Assembly: GCF_009914755.1 (NCBI RefSeq)
Contig: NC_060933.1
Length of the DNA stretch: 64,000 nucleotides
Direction: 5' to 3' (one strand)
Source of the DNA: the human T2T-CHM13v2.0 reference genome, Homo sapiens
Part shown: piece after piece, positions 52,414-64,000 of the stretch
How the letters are laid out: each line of letters begins with the position of its first letter
How positions within the stretch are numbered: the first letter of the stretch is position 1
The notes under the pieces: generated by a model
Told to the model about the DNA's origin: nothing
Databases searched by the model: none
What the model saw: only the letters and a program-made list of their open reading frames with translations
Translations under genes and position numbers: made by a program

Positions 52414-54429
52414 TCATTGGAGAGGCTGAAGCATTAAACACAGGGATGCCTGTACCGTCCTTAGCGCTGTGCTTGCGTTGGGCAAGTGTCCATTCAGGAA
52501 TTGCTTGTCTTCTTCCTGCCAATGCTGCTGTTCTTGTTAGTTTTATTATTATTATCCCCAGGTGGAGGTGGGGTGTTCCTCCATGCCTTCGCGCCTCTCT
52601 GGCTTCCTCCAGCTCCCTGGAGCTAGCTGCTGGCTGAGCCGGTCCCCCTCCTCCACGGTCCATCGTAACCTGATTTGGGGGGAGGGGCGGTGCAGCCTGG
52701 CACGGCCATTGTTGGGCCTCCCCCTGGAGCCAGGGCTGGGGCGGCGGGGGCGGGGCTGCCAGCTGTGCAGTGACATTCCGCAGCCCTGCTAACCGCTGCT
52801 CCTGACTCTGGTGGCTAAATTGAGTCTCGGTTTCCTTAAAATGACTATTTATTGCTTTAATGCAGTATTGAGTATTTACTGAGTGTTGGAGAAAAGGCTC
52901 GCCCAGTTTGGAGCTTGGCGGCCACCGGCCAGCGGGGCTGCTCTGGGAGGGTGAGTCTGGAGGAGGCGGGAGGCTCCTCTTACCAGAGAAACAAAAGCGC
53001 CTCCGGTGTTCCTTCTGCTGGGCTGCAGGGGCGGGGTTGCCCTGTCTCTGATCTGGACCACTCCTTCCCCTGGGTGGTGTGTCTTTGGAAGGAGGGGTTC
53101 ACAGGACAGCCTTCCACCCGCTTCACCAGCCGTGGAGAATCGCTGGCCTTTGAACAGAGTAGGCACCAGCTGCCCCCTACCAACCCCCCGGGTAGCCCGC
53201 TACCTCGGTGGGGCCAGCCCATGCCAGCCCGGGGCAGCTCAGCTGTGTCCCTCTGCATGGAGACCTCCTCACAGCCCCAACAAGGCCAGCGTGGGCCCTC
53301 CCCGAGGGCTACACCATTGTCTCCAGGGTGAATGCAAACGCTGACCAGAACCCAGCAGGCAGCATGTGCGGAGAGGCTGAGATGTGCTGGTGAACAAAGA
53401 TCGGAGGAGGAGGCCTCTCATCACAGCTCCTACGCAGAGGTTCCCGAGCTAGGCGCTGTGCCGAGGCGGTCTGCCCTGCGCCTCAGTAACCCTCAGAACA
53501 ACCTACCAGGCAGCTTCTATGGCCGGCCTATTTTACAGATGGGAAAACTGAGGTTTGAGAGATTTGCTGAGAGGCACAGACGGGTCTGAACGCAGCTCTG
53601 GTGCTCTGCTCACCACCTCCTGGGGGGCAGCCCACTGGAAGATGCTGGGAGCAGGCAGGCTCCCTGAAGGAAGTGCCCATCGAATCCAGCCTGGAAGGAT
53701 GAAAAGCATTCAGCTGACAGCCCTGGAGGGGCAGGGGGCAGGCCCAGGAGAGGGGACAGGGAGAGCCAAGGCACGGAGTTGAGGCCACGGACCTCAGAGT
53801 CCAGAGCAGCTGAGCCAGGTGACAGAGGCTGATGGGATTAGGGAGAGCCTGCCCTGGTGTGGCTGGAGCTGCAGATCCATTTCTGGAAAGAGGAAAGGGA
53901 AGCAGGAAGGGAGAAAGAGGGTGGAAAAGTAAGTGAGGGCAAAGAAAGGAAATTGAGGGCAAAAGGAAGAAGGGAAGTGAGAAAAACAGGTTGTTAATAG
54001 CAATGCTAATAATAACCTCACTGGCGCCATTCTATGTGCTTTACGTACGTGCTTTACGTACGCATGTTCTATGTGCTGTACGCTGATAACACACTGGGTA
54101 GTCAGGGCTGCCCTGTCCTGTTGCGTGTAAGTGGAGAGACTCTGAAGACTTCTGAGCAGGCCGTGATGCAGTTTGATTTTCATTCTGAAAGAGACAGGAG
54201 ACAGCAGAGGGGACAAGGAGGCCTGGGCAGGGCAGGTATACAGGGATGAGGGCCTGCAGAGGGGCGGCGTGGGAAGAATGGGAGAGGAAGAGGCCTGGGC
54301 GAAGGGTTCGAGGTTTCTTCTCTCTCAGCCCTGGGAGAACAGTCATTTCCAGAAGAGCTGGTCAGAGGGAACTGAGCTTAGGGCGAAATGACAAATCGGT
54401 CTCTTTTGTTCTCTGTATTTCTTATAGAT

Positions 54430-54905
54430 TTTTTATTTTTTATATTACAAAATCGTTGTTGCTCATTGTAAAATAAATTCAGGCAAAGCAGAAGTCAAAC
54501 AAAATGGGACAGTATTCATCCGTTCCCTCACCCCTTTCCCAGAGGCGGTCAGTTGACAGATGCGTAACGTTCCAGGCCTTTCCTACAACATAGGAGCATG
54601 TTCTGTGCACATCCACTTGGTTTTCCTTTTGATGGGATCCATATTTCCTCTAACTGCTCTGCTCTGTACTGGCTTGTCCCACTTAGCAACACGCTGAGAA
54701 CACCTGCGCACATCAGTACACGCAGATTTGCTGTATCTTGCAGCCACGACGTAACAGTCCAGGGAATGGGTGAACTTTGATTTATGAACCCATTTCCCTA
54801 CTGACAGCCCTTTGGGCAGCTGCCAGTGCTTTGCTGTCACACACACCATACATCAGTGAGCATCCTGGTACATATATCTTTGTGCGCATGTGCCGCGTGA
54901 CGGGA
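54430..54905 (-). mobile_element. Old L1 (L1ME-like) 3' fragment
   Basis: tttatgaacccatttccctactgacagccctttgggcagctgccagtgctttgctgtcac...gtgagcatcctggtacatatatctttgtgc. Confidence 0.65.
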
Positions 54906-55846
54906 GCTGGAGTATAAACACACTGGGCGGTGCTGCCTTGGGGGCATCCACAGAGCAGCCCAGGAAGCAGGCCAGTAAAGGGGTCTGGATCCCCAGAGAG
55001 GCTGGGAGCTTGAGGGAGGGGCCGGTGCTATAGATCTGGAGGTGGTGGTTTGAGAGCTTTTGACATTAAGTGACACTCAAAGCCATAAGAGAACAAAAAC
55101 CCTGAGAGTCCTGGCATTTAAGAGCAGGTGGAGAACTAGGAACCCACAGGTCTCTGGGGAGAGACCAAGACCGTGTGCCTTCAGAGAGTTTCCAGAAGAA
55201 AGGGATGGCCAAAGGTGGCCAGTGGCAGAGGGCAGTGTGTGCTTAGTTGTCCAGCCCCTGGCACAGTGCCTGCCCACAGTAGCTGCTCAGTAAGCAAGGG
55301 CCAGTTAAATCAATCAATCAATGAACGAGACACTCGGGTCTGGAAGGTGTTGTTTGTTTTCAGCTGAGTGGTAGCTTAGGGAAAGCGGAGGCAGCTGAAA
55401 GCAGGTTGATTGAGGAAGAAAGTGCAGGTGATGATGTGGTCCCACTGGGTGTGGACAGAGCAGGGCTGGCCAGGGAAGGTGAGAGGGGGGCAGGTTGAGG
55501 GACTGAAAGGAGCTGAGTGTCCTGGCAGGTTAGGAAACGGAGGGCAGAAGAAGAGCTGCTGGGGAAGTACTTTGGTGTTTGGGGCTCAGGGACAGACACT
55601 CTTACTGAGACCAGGGGTCTGCAGAGACCTCAGCATTGCAGGGAAAGATCCCTCTGGTTGGAAAGGGTGGCTGAGTCAGGCTGTGTCACTTCCTGAGCAC
55701 AGTCCTGGCCACTCAGCGCTTACTGTCTCATCACACCTTCACCAGAACGCTGCAGAGGCAGATCATAACCTCCCATTTTATAGACAAGGAAATTGAGGCT
55801 CTGGAGGTGGAGTCATGGGCCCAAGGTCACAAAGCTAAGACTTTAG

Positions 55847-56179
<333 letters not shown>

Positions 56180-56859
56180 CAGAAGCAGAATTTAAATCCA
56201 CATCTTTCAGACCCCAAAGAGGCCCCACTCACCTCTTGTCCCCCTAACCCCACATCCCCCAGGCCCTCCTGGGTGGTGCTTGGCAGGGGATGATAGACAG
56301 GCAGGGAGAGGGGCCTTCTGGAACCTGGCTCTTTGTATCCACAGTTGGGAAAAGCATGCCGCACTTGCCCTTTGTTACGCCTTCAAGAATGCTTGACTGG
56401 GTGAGGAAACTGAGTCATGGCCAGACTCGTTTGCTCTTTAGAAATGGACACGGAAGCAGCAGCAGGCCTGGGGTCCAACCCTGCCAAGGGGCTCTCTGGC
56501 AGCTTGAGCCCTGAGCAGTCCTGGACCCCGAGGGCGGAGGACGAGGGGACGAGAGGAAGATTGTAGCTGGCATGGGCAGGAAGGTGGAAGGGCATTCCAT
56601 GCGGCGAGGGTGCACCTGAGAGGGCATGGACTGCCTGGATGGTGAGGCTGAAACAAGGCCTGGCCGCGAGGAGGGTGGAGACAGGGATGAGGGCTCCTGT
56701 AGATATGAGAACTCCCGGCGGATGAGGCCTGGGGAGAGGGAGGGGCCAATCTGTGAGTCGGGAGCCCTGGCCTCGCCACTAACCAGTCTCAGACTGTGGG
56801 TGGGTCACTGCCCTCTCTGCCTGGGCCTCCCTGGACTTCTGAGAAAAGTTTCCTTCGGG

Positions 56860-58110
56860 TCTGCATTGTGTATTTGTATGAGCGCATGTGTGTGTGTTCA
56901 CGTGTGTCTGGGTGTGTCCCTGGGCACCTGCAGCCTGCTTGGGCATCCGTGTGGGCCTGGGGGGTCTTCGTTTTGACGCGTCTTGTTTGTCCAGCCTCTC
57001 ACATTCACGTGTGTGAGTGTATACCTGGGCTTTTGTGCTCCTCTGGGTATGTCTGTGCACACTGTGTGTGACCCCAGGTGCCTGTGTGTACGTCTGTATA
57101 TGGCAGTATGTTTCTCTGTGCAAGTAGGTGCCATTCTGGTCACCTCATGTGTGCACATGTGTTAAGGTATGTGTCCATGGGATGAGGGCTGGGGTCAGTT
57201 GTCTCTAGGGCAGGGCAGAAAAGGAGGTCATCAGAGCCCAAAGTTCCTCAGGATCTGGGCAGTCCGCTCCTCTGCCCTTCCCCCAGGATGGCCCCCAGGT
57301 ACTCCCCAGGCCATGAGGCAGGACAGGAACCACAGTGGCCATGGTTAGAAGTGGAGGGGGTAGGAGAGAAATGAAGCCTTCCGAGGAGGCTGAGGGCAGG
57401 GCTCCTGGGTGGAGGATTGGTGGACAACTAGGGGTGAGGTCACCCAACAGACAGCGAGGAGACCCCCTTCCTGGCAACTTTTCCAGAAACCTGGCACTGG
57501 GAGGGCCCTAACCCAAATCCCAGTTCCCAAGAGAGTCCCGGCGTGTGCCTCAATCTCCCAGAATATACCAGCTGGGCCCCCAGAGCAGTCACCTGATGCT
57601 GGGTCTGAGTGACCCCCTCCAAGGGGCAGAGCCCTGAAACAGCCCCCACAGCTGCCTCCCATGGCCAGACATGTGCATACATGAGTAGAGGCGGCAGACC
57701 TCCCCACGGGTGGACACGTGTGCATGTGCATGTACAAATGCATCAGCAGTTGTGCGTGCATGTAAATGTGTGAGCACACTCAGAGAGCAGCCTGTAGATA
57801 GAGTTGTGTACGTACGCATCCTTGGTGCGTATGAGCATGCATGTGAGTGTATGTGGCCAGTATGTGTGCATATGGGTGCAGACGCGCTCAGATTTGCCGG
57901 CATATTGTGCTGGCATGTGTGGGCATGTGTAAACAGCAGGGTTGGGCAGATGCAGATGGACAGGTAGGTGTGAGTAGGTTGACACGCTTGAGTACACGTA
58001 TGCACACATTGTCAACATACACATATGTATTGACAGGCATGTGTGAGTGGACACGGGTGAGGGCCTAGACTGTTGGCACATGCAATACAGGTATGCACAC
58101 ATATGTGGTA
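56860..58110 (+). repeat. Two degenerate TG-rich low-complexity tracts (~56860-57175 and ~57670-58110)
   Basis: Dense tgtgtg/tgcatg runs. A similar tract lies at ~24710-25090. Confidence 0.75.
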
Positions 58111-58133
58111 CCTGGGTGCTGTGGGTGGCAGTA

Positions 58134-58323
58134 CAGTCAGTCCTCCCTCACCCTCTTGGATAGGTTCTTGGAAACTGTGACATTAAGCGAAACCACAGAC
58201 AGCAGGTCCTCAAATAACGTTTCCATGTAACACGGACGAAAAAAGTTTATTTCATTATATGGCGTTTCTCTTAAAGTCGCAGTTCCCAAGAACCCATCCA
58301 CAAGGGTAAGTGAAGACTTACTG
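58134..58323. mobile_element. Tigger-family MITE (MER6-like) with ~60-bp terminal inverted repeats
   Basis: The left end cagtcagtcctc...gataggttcttggaaactgtgacattaagcgaaac pairs with the right end gtttctcttaaagtcgcagttcccaagaacccatc...gaagacttactg; TA lies at the left flank. Confidence 0.85.
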
Positions 58324-61300
58324 TGCGTGTCACAGGTGAATTATCATGGGTGTGGGTATAGCTGTGGGTAGGCATGAGGATTGGGAGCCCAGCACACACA
58401 GACCTCCCACGCTAGCTGCCACCACTGTGGTTGTCTGGAGGGGAGTGCAGGACAGATACACAGCCAGGGGCCATGCCAGGTGGCAGAGAAGGGGGCAAGA
58501 GAACTATCAGCTGGGACACCTCCCATACTCTCCAGAGTTTGGCACCCAGGCACAGCCCCATGCCCAGCTCACCAGCCGTTGGCAGGAATTCAATCCCACC
58601 CCAGTAAACCCAGCTCTGCTTCGCCACCGCCGAGCTCTGAGCTGGGGGGAGGGGACCCCGCTCGGAAATCGGTCATAAATTTCTTGAGATGCTTTAATTT
58701 TTTAAAAGCCCCACGTAGATGCTTTGCATTGTGAAAACCCACAAATATCAGCTAAATGAGGTGCGCCAGCAGAAGGCCCGCCAGGCCCACAGCCCTCCCC
58801 TCCCAGCAGCTGGGCCCGGGCTCAGCTGGGGCCCCTGGCCTGGCCAGCCAGGGCCGAGGGGCCCATCTTTGTTCCGAGCAGAGCTCAGACTGCAGAGTGG
58901 CTGGGTAAATAGTCGCCGCAGTAATCGCAGGCTGATTCCAACTAATTAAATCCTGCGCCAAGAGCCCACTCCAGCCGGTATCCCGAGAGGCCGCAAAAAC
59001 ACAGACACCCCAGACGGGGCACTGCTCCAGGCCGGCTCTGGCTCTCTAATCCTGTATCTTTTGAAAGATAGGCGCACCCCGGGACGAGAGGTCAGCGGGC
59101 CTGCCCTGTGCCGAGCGGTGGAATTTTTCAATAACCAGCAGCTGGGTCACCAGGCACACAAAGGCAGTGTAATATCCTGTGGGCTTACTCGGGGAGAGTG
59201 AGCGAGCCAGCTCCCTCCAGGCCAGGGCAGCGGCCCCCCACAGCCCAGGCCCCCAGCGGCCCAGAGGCCACTTGGCCAGGCCTCCACTCCCCTCCCTCCA
59301 GAGGGGCAGAGAGGGAATAGAGGTCGGCATTCTCCACCACCCCCTTCTCCTGGACTGGGGCTTCCAAGTAAATTCATCTTCCTTATTAAAAACCAGCCTT
59401 GATGCTCCCGAGCCCCAGCTGTGGCCGTGATGGGACCTGCCTGGGGCAGGGCTGCTGGGGCCGGGCTCCTTCCAAGGGGTCAGTGGATGCTTCTCACATA
59501 GGGAGGCCACACCACAAGGGGTGAAGGTCTCCAGCTCTGGAGTTGGAAGGACCGGGTTCAAATCCCTTGGGCCTGTCTGCTGGAGGCCATCCTGGCTGGC
59601 CCAGTACTGGCTGGTGACCTTGAGCAAGGCACTCAGTAGTACCCTCTGTGGAATGGGATCATGAGTTACAGTTATTAGAGGGACTGAATGAGAGCCAGTG
59701 TCTGGTAGCTCCCCCTGCCTTAGTTTCTCCCACGGAATAATGGAGATCAGGGGCCTCCCTCACAGGCTCTAGGTGAAGCAGGGTTTGTGCCCATGCGGGG
59801 CTCACACACTGTAGAGAGCTGTCCTTGGCGGGACCTGTGCAGCACATGTGAGAGTGATTAGAAGCTGCAGAGACTCAGTTTATTTTATTTTATTTTATTT
59901 TTTTTCCCAGAGAAACAATAGTTGCCCCTCTCCCGAGTCTGGAATGCTTTACGCCCTGGGTCTGGGACCCCTCATTTAAATTGGCTGCGAAGGGACAGGC
60001 ACTGTGAGCCTGGAAGGGGGTTGTTAGGGATGGAAAGCCGGGGCCCAGGAATTTACAATCCGTTACTTGAGGGATGTCCTGCCTCCCTCTCGCCCCATTC
60101 AGGCCTTCTCAGACCCAGCATGTGCCGTAAAGATGTCACATGGGGTGCGGGGGGCTGAGGAACAGTCCAGGGCCTGGCCTTAGGGAGGGGGGCGCACACA
60201 GCCCAGGACAGAATCCTGGCTGCACCATGTCCTGGCCAGCGGAGCCTGGCAGGAGCTTCCCTCCCAGAGGCACTGGTAAGCGGAAGCGTTGGCTTTTATC
60301 GCTTGCTGGCCCCAGTGATGCCAGAAGTGAGGCCAGTGACGTGCCCAGGCACATGACACTGGCACAGGACTTGGTCAGAACGGTGCGCCTCTCGCCGCCC
60401 ACCTGTGGACTCCTCGCCCACACAAAGCAAGAGGCTCTTTTCGGCTTTTGCCCAACCACATGCTGACCTATCTCTTACTGGGGGCTCTGGCACTTTGTAG
60501 CTGTGAGGCTTGGCACAAGGCTCAGTTTTCTCATCTGAGAAATGGGAAGACTCATTCTCCTTGCCTTCCAGGGTCGAGAGGAGATGAGAACTCCAGAAGC
60601 TCGGGCCAGAGCCTGGCTCACAGCAGGTATCCATGCTGGGGTCTGGGGGAGCCCCAGACACCACAGGGAGCCCCTACCTAGGGAAAGGGCATTGAGGGGA
60701 CCTGTCAGAGTGAATGGGGAGCCACCCACAGAGGGTAGGGAGGGCTCTGCGTGCTGCTGGCTGGACTTCCTGGGCGTCTGACACACCAGGCCCCACAAAC
60801 AACTCCGCACCAGGGAGCTGGGCAGATCTGAGAGCCGCACAGGAGGCCAGTGGGGTCAAGCTCAGGGACCAGTGTAGAAAGAGGCTAACCCAGGGCTCCC
60901 TCAGGTAGGGCAGAAGGTAGCTTTTGGCACCATCAGGGAGGTGGAGATGGACAAGGGAACACAGATTTGGGGCCAAACATGAGGCCACGGGGTTTTTGAG
61001 GGGGTGGTTCCCCAGGCACCCAGCTTCACCAGGTCCCCGGGCTCTGAGACACTCCACCTCCACTCTGGGCAGAGAGGGGGCATCGGGGGCATGGCTAGGG
61101 GCCAGCACTGTGCTTCCTGGGCGCCTCACCTCCTCCCTGACTCCTGGAGACTCCCAGCCCCTGTCTGGGAGATGAGCATTTAGGAATCTGCTTGTGCAGG
61201 GGTGGTGGGAGGGGCCGGGGTGGAGGGCGCATCCCCACGGGGAGATTGGATGGAAATGGCCTGCCAGTGTGTGTGTGAGTGTGCGCCTGTGGCAGCAGCA

Positions 61301-62870
61301 GAGTAAACAGCCGCTGCCCTGTCCTCTCTGCGGCCGTGGCCAGGTACACAGGCCTGTTTGGACAGCTGCCTTGTCTGTCCGTCTGTTTGGGAGATGCTGG
61401 CTGATAGATGGGGATGGGCGGACTGTTAACCCCTCGTTGCCTGCACTGCTATGTGCTTCCTGCCTCATCCATGGGGTAGAAGGTAGCCAGAAGGTGGTCC
61501 TGGCTGTGCCCCCAGCTCCTCTCTAGGGGGGAAACCTCTAGTTCTGAGTCAGGGACAGAGTGAGGAGGGCTCCAGGGCATCAAGAGCTTGCTCCTCCCCG
61601 CACCAGGGAGCCAAGGACAGAGGAGAAGGGGGTCTTCCCCAGTGGTGACTAGGGGCAGAATATGTCTCTGAGTGAGTGTCTGGAGCCCTCCTCACCCCAA
61701 CACCATGCCCTGTGGAAGCTCCTCTTCCTTTATTAAAAAGTTACTGCCAGGCTTTCTCAGGGCTGCTCTTCTTCAGGAACGCCTGCTCCACTTGTAGGGT
61801 GGGGTGGAGGAGGCTGGGGGGGCATTCAGGAACACCAGCAACAGGCCCCTGCTAAGTGTGAACAGGCAGAGATGGGGCCTGGGGCCACCTGTGGGGCAGC
61901 TAAGCTCCATCTGTCTCCTCTTGGTCATCAGAGAGCCTGGTGTGGGGAGATCCCTGACCCAAAGATGAACGGATGCTGTGCTGGCAGTCAGTGCAGTGAG
62001 CCAGGTGACTGCCTGCCTGGCATCTCCACGTGGTCCCCCATCTGCCACCCTGTGCTCCCATCTCAGGCAGGGCTCCCCCATCCACGTCCACCAGGCACCT
62101 GACAGGGCCGAGGGAGCCACTCCAGGTTTCCCATTCAACCCCAAAGCCCCTGTCCACTTCAGGAACTCCCTACATGGCTCTCTGGTAACCCACCCCCTCT
62201 CCCACTCCAGGATCCCAGCCAGGACCCGCTGTGCCTCTCACCTGCAGGGCACCAGCCTGGACCCTCTTAGCGAGTCTCCCCACAAATGATCTTTAAAAAA
62301 TGTAAATCACTCAAGCCACTCCCTACTTAAAACCTTTCAATGACTTCCCCGTGGCTCTTGAGATTAAGACAAAAATCCTTTAAATGGCCCACAAGACCGT
62401 CAACAGGGCATGGGTTAAATAAGTTAGGGTTTGCCCTGTAATAGAGGATCAGGCAGCTGTAAAATCAGGTGCTGTTGTTCCAACGTAGAGTCATCTCCAG
62501 TCATGGGGTGGGGGTGGCGGTTGTAGAGCATATTAGCGTTTGTATAAAAAAGAAAGTGGAAAAAAATCCCAATCAGTCCTCATTACCAAAACAAAACAAA
62601 ACCCCCCCAAAATACACCCAAAACCAGGCCGGGAGGGGAATGACAGATGCACTCGGCTTGGTGTATGTGGGCTTGTGTATGTGTGATACGTCTCTGGAGG
62701 AGGGTCAAATGAAAGACCTGGATTGCCTCTGGGGAGGGGACCGATGGCTAGGCATGGGGTAGAGGAGGATGCAGAGAACGCCCTTTTGTATTTGAACATT
62801 TCAGTATTAAATTATGGAATGCATTACCTCTTCAAAAACAAATTCAATAATTTTTAAGATAAAAAATGTT

Positions 62871-63716
<846 letters not shown>

Positions 63717-64000
63717 TCAGCCCAAATCTCTGTCTTCCGAAAAGTGGCCTTCTCTGACTTGCTCCCCACCACAGTCCCCAGGATGGGCTGTCTCCCAGTG
63801 GCTTGTTCGCTGCTGTCCCCAGCACCCAGCACCGCACCTGGCACACAATAAGCACCGCATCAGTATTTGGGGGAATGGATGAAGTGGCAGGAAGAGGAGG
63901 ATACCCTGGGAACTCCATGCCATGGGGCTTGGGACGTGCCCACCTGGCCTTTGAAGGATGAGAAGCATTTTGCCAGACTCACAGCGGGACAGTATTCCAA

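Noticed and set aside
54030-54085. gtgctttacgtac tandem duplication with palindromic cores
   Set aside because: Short slippage duplication in degenerate repeat-derived sequence; no sign of function.

Overview
Primate, almost certainly human, genomic DNA (it contains Alu, FAM, MIR, L1, L2 and MER elements). The window covers the 5' part of the LIM-homeodomain gene LMX1B, the nail-patella syndrome gene, on the + strand. It includes the CpG-island promoter and GC-rich 5'UTR, coding exon 1 (1881-2019), a 794-bp intron 1, coding exon 2 (2814-3000, LIM domain A) and the first 61 kb of a very long intron 2. No LIM-B or homeodomain exon is visible. I see no other credible protein-coding gene; the long ORFs in the track look like GC-rich or repeat-derived noise. 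The most unusual structure is an inverted pair of related minisatellite arrays. About 22 copies of a 35-37 bp unit lie at 46965-47780 and about 6 reverse-complement copies at ~48520-48737, which predicts a fold-back dsRNA in the pre-mRNA. Other candidates are a strong-Kozak uORF and an alternative frame open across both exons, two recursive-splice-like AG|GTRAG sites, a possible terminal exon giving a LIM-A-only product, a 192-bp non-tandem duplication, and AT-rich islands with TAATTA and HOX/TALE motifs. Repeat subfamily names and boundaries were assigned by eye from remembered consensus sequences and are approximate.
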